Below are positions 51,359 to 64,000 of a stretch of DNA of 64,000 nucleotides, piece after piece (within the stretch, counting starts at the first letter, position 1; each line of letters starts with the position of its first letter). Location of the stretch: NCBI RefSeq assembly GCF_009914755.1, contig NC_060929.1; one strand, written 5' to 3'. The notes beneath the pieces were generated by a model. That model had not been told where the DNA came from, did no database searches, and was given only the letters and a program-made list of their open reading frames with translations. This stretch comes from the human T2T-CHM13v2.0 reference genome, Homo sapiens. The position numbers and the translations under genes are program-made.

Positions 51359-52107
51359 ATTGCTTTTAACACATCCCACCCATGCTTTCAGTTAAACAAT
51401 TATTCTATCTCCCTGAATTGCGTGACATTTTCCAAAAAAAGAATCATCAAATGAATCCTTTCAAAAGAAATCAAGCATCTCTTGCATCCTCACCCTGCAG
51501 CATTAAGATGCAGGCCTGCCAGCGAGGGGGTGAAATCTTCACCCTCACCTTTCAGGGAAGTGCAGGGTAGGCTACCACCTGCACTGCAAAGTTTATCCAA
51601 CATGAGAGTTCCTTTGGCAGGGAACATTAACCGCTGACTTATGCTTGTCACTGCATAGGTAAAGGACACTGATACAGGTAAAGAAGTCTGCATGTGCACT
51701 GTCATGACCAATGCCTTACAGCGGCTACTCAGATTCCTCTTTACTTACTGTGTCACCATCCAGTGGGGAAAAGCACCTCAGTATTAATCCTAGTTACACA
51801 TACTCTAACAGGACATGATCTTAACCATTAGGGCAGTATTAATTAAGGTATCTTGCAGAGATCCTGCTCATTATATATTTAAAAACAAGATGAGGTTTCA
51901 TTAACTCTTTTACTTTCAATCATCTTCAAACTCAGCTCCTAGAAAGCAAACTGGGTTCCATACTTGCTTAAGGCTTAAGAACACATTTTACATTTATTCT
52001 CATTCAAGCCACATTGTGATATGAAGTGATTTATGAATTAGAGAGCACATGTGTTATCAGAATTCCGTAATAAAATGTTCAGAGACTCTTGGCTTTGTCA
52101 CCATTAG

Positions 52108-52800
<693 letters not shown>

Positions 52801-52807
52801 TAATTAA

Positions 52808-53097
52808 TTTTTTGAGACAGAGTCTCACCCTGTCGCCCAGGCTAGAGTGTGCAGTGGTGCAATCTCGGCTCACTGCAACCTCCGCCTCCAGGGATCAAGC
52901 GATTCTCATGCTTCAGCCTCCCGAGTAGCTGGGATTACAGGTGCGCGCCACTATGCCAGGCTAATTTTTGTATTTTTATTCGAGACAGGGTTTCGCCATA
53001 TTGGCCAGGCTGGTCTCAAACTCTTGGCCTCAAGTAATCTGCTCACCTCTGCCTCCCAAAGTGCTGGAATTACAGGTATGAGCCACCACCCCTGGCC
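52808..53097 (-). mobile_element. Alu (AluSz/Jb-like)
   Basis: Antisense full Alu; degenerate TSD TAAAAAT..AATT. Confidence 0.94.
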
Positions 53098-53679
53098 TAA
53101 AAATGTAATTTTAAAAGTACAAATAAAAGCAAAACAACTACAAACTTTCCTAAACCATGTTTAAAAAAAATTATTCAGTCTTATAAAGTTACAAAAACTT
53201 TTTAAAAATCTAACCTTTAAAAAAAATATTCAAAATACATTTTGGAAAAAATGCTTCAAAGATTTTATATCTAAAACACTGCACCTGGACACTGTTAAGA
53301 AACAGTTATATGTCATCCTTTTATTATGATAACTATTCAGCTAGAAAGATCATTACCTACTTTGACATTATAAAAGTTAGTGAATTTAAAAAATAGATAA
53401 TGTGTTTTTAAAGGAAAGCATGTTATTTTTCCCTCTAAGGTATGCTTGACAAAAGTTCAGCATTTCAAGTAAATACACATTATTTCATTTATCAGTTGTG
53501 ATCATCTCATTCTCTTCAGTATGACTTAAGAAGCTTCAGGAATGTGTTTATTCTCACCTCAGTCACTCTCACAGGCAAGACTCCCATTAGAGAAAGAAGC
53601 CACCAGACGCCACCAGAACCTTAACAAAATTAAGGATACCTTAGGGCTCTCAATTTCACTCTGAAAGAAAATCATCCTT

Positions 53680-53970
53680 GGCCGAGCACGGTGGATCATG
53701 CCTGTAATCCCAGCACCTTCGGAGGCCGAGGCGGGCGGATCATCTGAGGTCAGGAGTTTGAGACCAGCTTGGCCAACATGGTGAAACCTCGTCTCTACTA
53801 AAAATACAAAAATTAGCAGAGTGTGGTGGCGGGCACCTGTAATCCCAACTATTCAGGAGGCTGAGGTAGGAGGATCGCTTGAACCGGGAGGCGGAGGTTG
53901 CAGTGAGCAGAGATCACGCCACTGCACTCCAGCCTGGGGACAGAGACTCCATCTCAAAAAAAAAAAAAAA
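53680..53970 (+). mobile_element. Alu (AluSx-like)
   Basis: Full Alu with poly-A tail. Confidence 0.95.
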
Positions 53971-54739
53971 TACATCTTTAAGATCTATTCTTGTAAGATT
54001 TTTTTTCAACAGGAAAGCTAAAAAAATGCTTAAAAATATATACATTATTTTAGATTTGAAGCCACCACCTAGAGAAAAGGAGATATATCCTATTTGTTAC
54101 ATAATGTCTCTCCAGAATAATTACTTTTATTTGTTCACTTTCTAGAGCAAACACCATAGTTGTTTTTTGTTTTTTGTTTTTTTTTTATCTTTTACAACCA
54201 AATATTTTCTACTAAATAGGAGATAAAGACCAATAAAACCTTTGTTCTCTCTCCCTTCAGCCAACCCCTAAGGCATATTTTATCTCTAGAGTTGTTATCT
54301 GAAGTGAATTACTGATTAAAAAAAAAAGTTAAAGGACCCAGACTGCTGAATGTGTGCGGTAACTGCAGTGTTTTCCACACCTTGTTTCTCTTTAGCTAGG
54401 CCCTACCAATAGTCACTGTTCCTACCAGCCTGCTTTTGCAGAAAAGAAAAAGTTGCCTAAATACCATGGCTCCAATGCCTAAATTCCTTTACCAAGAAAA
54501 AACAAAAACAAAAACAAACAAGTATATTACAAGACTCTGGAAAACCGAAGTCTTACATTTACAATGTACTTATTCAGATTTGTAAACTCCTAAGTGGCAG
54601 GAGAATATTAACATGTACTTTTAAGGAATTTTCATGGGCAAACAGGTTAACTTCAGTAACTACCTGTACAAGGTTTATAATGAGCTGTAGACCCTTTTTT
54701 CTAACTCTCTTGGCCACAACTGGTATATTTTGCCTTCAG

Positions 54740-54948
54740 AGTATTATCAGTGTGTATGTATTGAACATTGGCACAGTCTATCATTTAATATTCACAACAA
54801 ACCTATAAGGTTTATACAATTATTACCCACATGTCACAGATGAGGAAACAGGCACAGGCACTTACCCAAGTGTACACTGCTTGTTAGTGTTAGTGTGGAG
54901 GCTGAAACGGAAGCAGGCTGGCTCCAGAGTCTGCATCCTAAACCCTAT
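54740..54948 (-). mobile_element. MIR SINE
   Basis: TCATTTAATATTCACAACAAACCTATAAGG...CACAGATGAGGAAACAGGCACAG...CTGGCTCCAGAGTCTG. Confidence 0.8.
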
Positions 54949-55028
54949 TTTGCAATGAGTTTAATGCTCTTAAAATGAGCAGAAATGAAATGTAAAACAT
55001 TTTTTACCCCAACATTTTTTTATGATGT

Positions 55029-56480
55029 TGAGAGATGACGGCGTGCTGGCAGTCCTCACAGCCTTCGCTCGCTCTGGGTGCCTCCTCTGCCTGGGCTCCC
55101 ACTTTGGCGGCACTTGAGGAGCCCTTCAGCCCACCGCTGCACTGTGGGAGCCCTTTTCTGGGCTGGCCAAGACCGGAGCCCGCTCCCTCAGCTTGCAGGG
55201 AGGTGTGGAGGCGGAGGCGTGAGCTGCGGGCGGCTGCGGGCGGCGCTTGAGGGCCAGCTGGAGTTCCGGGTGGGCGTGGGCTTGGCGGGCCCTGCACTGG
55301 GAGCAGCCGGCCGGCCCTGCCGCCCGGGCAGTGAGGGGCTTAGCACCCAGGCCAGCGGCTGCGGAGGGTGTACTGGGTGCCCCAGCAGCGCCAGCCCACT
55401 GGCGCTGAGCTTGATTTCTCGCTGGGCCTTAGCTGCCTTCCCGTGGGGCTGGGCTTGGGACCTGCAGCCCGCCATACCTGAGCCTCCCACCCTCTGCTCC
55501 ATGGCACCCAGTCCCATCGACCACCCAAGGGCTGAGGAGTGCAGGCACACGGCACGGGACTGGCAGGCAGCTCCATCTGCAGCCCCGTTGGGGGATCCAC
55601 TGGGTGAAGCCAGCTGGGCTCCTGAGTCTGGTGGGGACGTGGAGAACCTTTATGTCTCTAGCTCAGGGACTGTAAATATACCAATCAGCACTCTGTATCT
55701 AGCTACTCTGGTGGGGCCTTGGAGAACCTTTATGTCTAGCTCAGGAATTGTAAATACACCAATCAGCACTCTGTCTCTAGCTCAAGGTTTGTAAACACAC
55801 CAATCAGCACCCTGTGTCTAGCTCAGGGTGCTAGACAAATCAACACTCTGTATCTAGCTACTCTGGTGGGGCCTTGGAGAACCTTTGTGTCTAGCTCTGT
55901 ATCTAGCTAATCTGGTGGGGACATGAAAAACCTTTGTGTCTAGCTCAGGGATTGTAAAAGCACCAATCAGTGCCCTGTCAAAACAGACCACTCAGCTCTA
56001 CCAATCAGCAGGATGTGGGTGGGGCCACATAAGAGAATAAAAGCAGGCTGCCTGAGCCAGCAGTGGCAACCCGCTCAGGTCCCCTTCCACGCTGTGGAAG
56101 CTTTGTTCTTTCGCTCTTTGCAATAAATCTTGCTATTGCTCACTCTTTGGGTCCACACTGCCTTTATGAGCTATAACACTCACCATGAAGATCTGCGGCT
56201 CCACTCCTGAAGTCAGCGGGACCAGGAGCCCACCGGGAGGAACGAACAACTCCAGACGAGCCGCCTTAAGAGCTGTAACACTCACCTCGAAGGTCTGCAG
56301 CTTCACTCCTGAGCTAGCGAGACCACGAATCCAACAGAAGGAAGAAACTCTGAACACATCCGAACATCAGAAGGAACAAACTCCAGACGCGCCACCTTAA
56401 GAGCTGTAACGCTCATCGCGAGGGTCCGCGGCCTCATTCTTGAAGTCAGTGAGACCAAGAACCCACCAATTCTGGACACA
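55029..56480 (+). mobile_element. LTR12C (HERV9/ERV9) full-length solo LTR
   Basis: Starts TGAGAGATGACGGCGTGCTGGCAGTCCTCACAGCC and ends CCACCAATTCTGGACACA; 4-bp TSD ATGT at 55025-55028 and 56481-56484; GC-rich 5' U3, CCAATCAGCA enhancer repeats, U5 tandem repeats. Confidence 0.96.
55640..56127 (+). promoter_or_regulatory. LTR12C enhancer/promoter: NF-Y CCAAT repeats, AATAAA TATA-equivalent, poly(A) signal
   Basis: CCAAT at 55681, 55759, 55800, 55963 and 56001; GGGTGGGG box about 56017-56024; AATAAA at 56036-56041 (the ERV9 TATA substitute); R-region AATAAA at 56122-56127. Confidence 0.7.
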
Positions 56481-57002
56481 ATGTCATGACTTAGGCAGTA
56501 AGCATCCATGAATTCTTAAACTTTTAACGTTATTCATTTTTAGCAAATATCTATTGACTCCACAGAATATGCAGTCTTGTGTAAGATATTTCAGGGGAAC
56601 ACGAGGAAGTATGACAAATAACGCCATGTTCTCAAGCAGTTTGAAACTCCTTGGCGCCTCCTCTCCACCAAAAAAGGAGGAAAAAAACAAATTAAACAAC
56701 ATTTAAAAATACATTTCCAAGCATCCCCGGAAGTCAGGATCTTCTAGTATCCATGGCCTATTATATACAATGGTTATAGGCCTGGTGTTGACCGGGTTGC
56801 TGGGTTCAGTTTGCCTGGAAGTGGATTCCAGAACAGCCTATCAGGAAGAGGTAGTTTCTGTAGTCAAAGGCAGGAGGCAAGCTTTAGCCACCTCCTGTAC
56901 TGGCTTGAGATAAAATCAAGAAATCCACCTCCTGACTGCTTGTCCAGGCCTCTTTTTTCTGTCCTTCCTCTAACGTCAACCCAATTTCCCCAAAATTACT
57001 TA

Positions 57003-57337
<335 letters not shown>

Positions 57338-58631
57338 CTACCCAGCATCTCTTTGCTACAGACAAGATCAGAGAGTCTCGTTCATCCCATGTTTCTGAGA
57401 GGTAATGTCAAGTTATTCCAGTTCAGCTGCTTGTGTTTCCATAGAGGATGAGCATTTGGCCTTTAGGAGGGATTGAGAAGTACCTTATCACAACGCTACC
57501 TACATGTTTGGTAGGTCTTACCCCTCTCCTCCTTCCTGCTCTCACTGACACAGATTTGTAGCAGAATATACAAAGATGCCTTTTGTGGGAAAATGTTGCC
57601 AACTCTACCCCAGACAACAGCTGGTGCTGTCTGTTGGGGCTTGCTAAGCAATAAAGTGCGCTTAAACAATAACTGCAACTTCCATTAGTGGATGACCCAT
57701 TCCTGGGGAGGAACATCCTGGAGAAGAAACGTGGGTCAGCAAACCTAGGACTAAACCCAGATGTAGCAGGGCTTTTGGCTTCTCCTCCTTCAGACTAGGC
57801 CATAATCTCCCTGAATGAGACAAAGTAGTTTTCAGAAAGTACCAAGTAGACAGTTCATGTGTTTGGCTCCTAGGAGCAAGTCATATCCATTTAGAGTCTT
57901 GGCTTTATGCTAATGGGGACAATGTCCCCTGGACTCCTTTGGCATGGCTCACCACCTGCCCTCCTCCTGACAAGCATTCTCATTGTCCCAAAGTAGGCAC
58001 CTGTAGTTTCAGAACCAGCTCCCTGAGGTTGCTTCCATTTATTAAGACAATTTGGGCCTAGAAGCTGGTTAGTAAGTTGCCATGGTATCGCGAGCAAAGC
58101 ATTAGTCGGCTTTGCTTTGCTATCTGTAGTAGTAGGTGATCTTTTATAAAAAATTGTTGATGTACATGAGGACAAATAAATCAACACATTTACATCTCCT
58201 AACTCATTTGTAGGAACAGGTTCATATTCTGCTGAAAACAAAAAATCAGGAGAGGATCAGAGGCAGAGGCCTGGGCAGGGAGGCTATTTTATGTAACTGT
58301 ATTGGTATAAAATTACTCCTTTTGCTAACCACATCTAGAAGGTAAACGGAGCCTTATATGGAGAAATAATACTGGAGAAATAATAGTCATGTAAAGATAG
58401 GCTGCCTAAGACGTAAAGGCTGGGAAAGATTTTTTGAATAGATAGAAACTTTGAAATGTGGTGAGATCTGATTAAATGGGAACCTGTCTGGTTTGCATCA
58501 GCTAAAGTTCTAAAGAAGGCATAAGATGCTTGTTTGGTGTCTGCATCTCACGGCTACCTAGGGAGCGCTGGAAAATCTTAGCAACTTCTTCAGTTTGTTC
58601 CACTTAAATCTGAGGCTATAGACCACCTCTG

Positions 58632-59708
<1,077 letters not shown>

Positions 59709-59918
59709 CACCTCAGACCTCTGGCCAATATGCTTAGAGGGACTATTCCTGAATACTAATAATGAGGCTTTCCAAGGAGGTAGGTTTGATGCCAATGTAC
59801 ACACTGTGATAAGGCTGCAGGGGATAGACTACATATGGTGATTACCCTGTAAATTACCTGTTCATATAGTTTCCCCAGGTTGTGTCGTTGGGGCCTGTGC
59901 TTTTCTTTATGTATATAA

Positions 59919-59964
59919 GTATGTATGTATGTATGTATGTATGTATGTATGTATGTATGTATGT
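59919..59964 (+). repeat. (GTAT)n tetranucleotide microsatellite, about 11 units
   Basis: Direct reading. Confidence 0.96.
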
Positions 59965-62900
59965 GTATCAGCCAAAGGAGTCTTTGATTTCTTTTACTGT
60001 GAGATTTCCATTGGAAACAGACACCTGCTTTGCTCTCTTCTCCTTTTTCATTATCATAACCAAATAGCAAGCACATAGATTTTGGTTAGTCATTCTAAAT
60101 CGAAAGACACAAATATATATAGGAAGATGTCAAAAAAAGAGAAGAAAGATGAAATTTTTTTTTAAATCGGGAGAAAGTAAACATACCCTCAATACTTAAA
60201 TCTCCCACAATGCACAACAATAAACCTGCCCTGATATGGGCACTGCCAGGGATATACTCTTCTCCCTTTCTGTCTCTGAGTAACAACAGGTTGCAACTAG
60301 TTTGAATTAAAGAGCCTGCATCTGCAGCCAACAGCTGGAATTCGGCAACTGTTGTTAATCCACCTTAATTGCTTATTATTCTATGAGTCCTTGTTTGTGC
60401 TTTTGTTATTCAAAGTAATTTTCCCTACATGCACATACTACCAAGCATGGTTTTAGCAAGCTGTGGCCAAAGAATTCCTGTGTTTCCATCCTAGGGCTGT
60501 CATTGTTTTCTTTTGAAACAAAAACATATTGACACTGGATTTTTTTAAAGGGTTAGCAAGTTAGCAGTGATGCCCACAGATGGACTAGCATTGGCCTATA
60601 TGTGCACAGAGATACAGGTATTAGCCAACGTCTAAATAAGAACAAGTCTTCTTTTGGTGTTTTAATTAGAGCTGCAGTTAGCAGGGTTGCTATTTTCCCT
60701 AAACAATTCTTCCCCTCCTTGAGTTAGGGAGGGATTTTCACTCCACCACTTCATTGCACTAGTGAATAAATGAGATCCCAGGGTTCCAGGGAGAAAAAAA
60801 ATTACCAATATAAATGCATCAGGTGCAAATTACCAAGGTAAATAGGCCCATGGAGACTGTAAAGCTAGCAACACCAACTGGAATATCTGAGAGGGGCCAG
60901 CAGGAGAAAGCCCATGGGTCACAGTCTCAGTTCTGCAGTGTACTGTGTGTGTTTCAACCCGGATCATTCATCCTGCAGCCTGCAGAAAGGAATCCACAGC
61001 ACAAAGCAGTTGTGATTTGGCATTGACAGTGTTCTAACTAATGCTTCAGTTGTAGCTTTTCTATTCCCCTCTCTTTTTATTCACCCAAATGCCACTCTTG
61101 GATAGTGTCAAAGCAGAACCTCCATTGTGAGAGACCAATGCAATATAATATCTCCAACTATAAGTTGATCATTAGTAATTATTTGTTCCCTGGAACTATT
61201 TATAATCTGCAATAAGGAAAAACTGCCACAAACATCACTATTAACTGTGGTCTGTAGGGCACGAAGGCTGATCTTTTACGTTTTCCCTACAATGTATACG
61301 TATATCTGCTAAAGAAAGTATTTGTAGCTCTGCATTTCTTCTTTCTGTTGCTCTTTACTGCAAAGTCTTTCTTGTTCTGTAATAATTTTGCCAGGGTAAG
61401 CCTAGTCCCACTGTAAGCTTCACATAAAGCAAAGACCTGTCATATACTTGTCTCTCCCAGAGTGCAGCACTATTTACTGACCTGAGTTCAATTTTTTTCT
61501 AGAAGAGAGCAGGCAAGGCTTTCCATTAGCCTGGCTTTGTTTCCACCCAACCCTATCCTCATATGGTGTGGCTGTCTCACCTCTTACCCTCTTATACATG
61601 TAGCCTGAATGCACACTTGTTAGTCTTATTTATTACCCTATTTGTGTACTGAAGCACATGTCCCTTAAAAATTAGCCTGCTCTACCCTGACTGGAACATG
61701 AAATTCTGCAGGCATCTGAGCATATATTCAAATATAATAAAAGGGCTATATTATAACAAAGGTCTTTAAGGGATATTTGCCTGGCCCTTAAATCACCTTG
61801 ACTTTGTTTCTTCAAATAGCAAGTACCTAAAAAATATTCATTAAAAAAAAACAAAACAAAAAGGTTTCCTGTGAACATTTCAGCCAGGATTGTTCATCCT
61901 GAAGCCTGCAGGAAGAAACCTGTGAACAAGTGAGTGGGAGAATTCACAGTGGAGTCAGCTCCAGCTCCTAACTCTTACTATTTATTCATACCTGGTGTCG
62001 TCTTGGTTTTATGCTTCCTGTTTTAGAGCATGCATCAGGCTAGATAAGGACATATTGTGTGCATAGTATAAACTAATATGAGGACAACTTCTACAAGCCT
62101 TCTACAGCATATAGATCAAGTGTCATTCTTAAAGCCACAGGCCCTTGTTAAAACAATTTATTTGCATGGATTAAGCCTCACTTATAGATATTGACTCAAC
62201 TATATGATTTTGTAAATATTTTTTTAAAATATTCTGTTTCTTACTTAGGATATTTCTTACCTCCTGCACAACACAACATCAACTATACAATCAATAAGAT
62301 ACAGTCTTTAGCTACAAATTAAGCTTCTTATTTTATCTGTGTAACAATCATTATGTGGTTTAATGATGATCTGCAGTCTTAAATACATTATATACTGTTA
62401 TATCAGAGATGACATAAAAGTACAGATATTATAGCTTATGAAATCAGCCCCTCCTTAATCAGTTTGGCAATAAACCAAATTGCCCTGATTTAGCAAAGAA
62501 ATTCTCAGAAACTATTTTTCTCATTCAACATTTGTGATTTTAATTCTTTAAAAAATATTTCAGTGTCTTATTTTGCACAACCATTCACTATTTGTTTGAA
62601 AAACTTAAAACTGTAATATCATTTTAATACAGTCATTATAAACTAAAAGTTAAGATACATACTATCGGCTACATTTCTGTTGTGGTATTTTAAGCCTCAC
62701 TTTGTTGAAGCAGCAATTATTTTCATAACCTGAATTAACGAATGCTGATTTTGTACGTGAAAAGATGGACAGAAATGTCACACTTTAATTCACGCCATTA
62801 AACAAACAAAAAACGGCCATAAGGTCAAAATAATAGAACTAGATGAAAAAAGTAGTCGATCTAGAATCCTGTGAAATTTTCTCTGATTTAAACTGTTTCT

Positions 62901-64000
62901 TGCCTTAAAGAAAAGTACTGCAGCTGTGATACAACTATGAGCCCTCCTCCCTTTAAAAGCTGATGTCAGTGAGAAATACCCCATCTGATGGGTTTTCAAG
63001 ATGTACACCGGGCATTGCCTACGGAAGTTAGTTAATTACACCAACCTGCGGCTGTTAGCAATGAGGACTGCCCCTCTTCACCCAACGTAGGGCAGAAACC
63101 AATCCTCTCAGTTCACCGATCTAATTCCAGTTTTCAGGCACACTGGCCATCCACTGCCTCCTTCCCTTCCCTCTCCAACTCTTAGAAAACGAAATGCAGT
63201 TAATTTATGTTCATTTTATCCATTTCCTCTCATGACTCACTGCAACAGGAAACTGCCGTCTCTGTTGTGTTTAGACCAGTCTCGTCTTAGCCACGAGCTA
63301 ACAGTATCATCATTTAGAAAGATCCCTCATCATGCCACAGTCAACATCAAACTGTTCCTCGACATTCTGAATTTATCTAGCACATCTTCCCTATCTGATG
63401 CAAATGAACCGGCAATCATTTTAGGAAGCAGTGCCTTAAAGAATTGTGATCCTGACACAATTGCTGTGGCGGTTTACTCATTACATTACGAAGCACAGCT
63501 GTATCTTGTTGTTTCATCTGTGGGGCTTTTGACAGCACATAACTGCTGAAAAGCATGTACATGGGGTTGATATATACACACACATACATACATACTCAGG
63601 ACGTGCAAAGGAGAACGTGGCCGTGCTCGAAGTGTATCAAACTATGACTTCTAAATTCCTTTCCATCAAATGCCAGTAGAAGCACTTGATAAATGGACCC
63701 TAGGAGAGCACTTCTCATTGCCTCAGGATGGAACGACTCGCAGGCATACGACACTCCATCAATACAGAGAGCTGGCAGATTGAAAGGCGGGAAGGACTAT
63801 CTCTGATACGGTGCATCTGCTTACTAATAGCAGCAGCACTCCAACCCTCTTCCCATTCATTGCCTACAGGAACCACTCCTCAGAGAGGCACGCCAGTCAA
63901 CAGATGGTCTCTGGCTAAGGTGTAATCAGGAGCAGCTTGCTAAATTTACCCAAAACAAATAGAATTACAGGCTTTTGCCCGAGTCTGAAATTGAATTGAG

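Noticed and set aside
55078-55794. 238-aa ORF and overlapping ORFs on both strands
   Set aside because: They lie entirely in the GC-rich, stop-poor U3 of LTR12C; the Pro/Ala/Gly/Arg-rich translation is typical of this LTR, not of a gene.
55640-56460. Repeat-spacer-like arrays (TCTAGCT/CCAATCAGCA units; AAGAGCTGTAAC units)
   Set aside because: They superficially resemble CRISPR, but are the known U3 enhancer and U5 tandem repeats of LTR12/ERV9; there are no unique spacers and no cas genes.
58359-58386. 14-bp tandem duplication TGGAGAAATAATA(C/G), and similar short direct repeats (593-611, 31981-32010)
   Set aside because: Ordinary slippage duplications with no further structure.

Overview
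This is primate (most likely human) nuclear DNA, not microbial. It is AT-rich and CpG-depleted, with about 17 Alus plus 2 FLAM monomers, short L1 3' ends, many old L2/MIR fragments, four solo LTRs (MLT1A-like, MLT1J-like, LTR47-like and a full-length LTR12C/ERV9 LTR), DNA-transposon remnants (MER2, MER113, two MER45 elements) and several microsatellites. I recognise no protein-coding exon, RNA gene or CRISPR-type system. Every long ORF in the track is explained by Alu, L1, LTR12 or microsatellite sequence, or by chance. All recognisable L1 and LTR fragments lie on the + strand, which suggests, without proving, an intron of a gene transcribed on the - strand. The signals most worth checking are: an enhancer-like cluster at 27.2-27.6 kb with a perfect CNC-sMaf ARE and a perfect TCTCGCGAGA (BANP/CGCG) element outside a CpG island; the LTR12C promoter; an AP-1/RUNX/ETS-rich MLT1J LTR; a switchable hairpin at 21.3 kb; several templated-insertion or template-switch scars; a chimeric Alu; and a few exon-like segments with good splice sites. 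I cannot support a previously undescribed biological system from this sequence. Repeat family names come from recalled consensus sequences and need RepeatMasker/Dfam confirmation; boundaries of old repeats are approximate.
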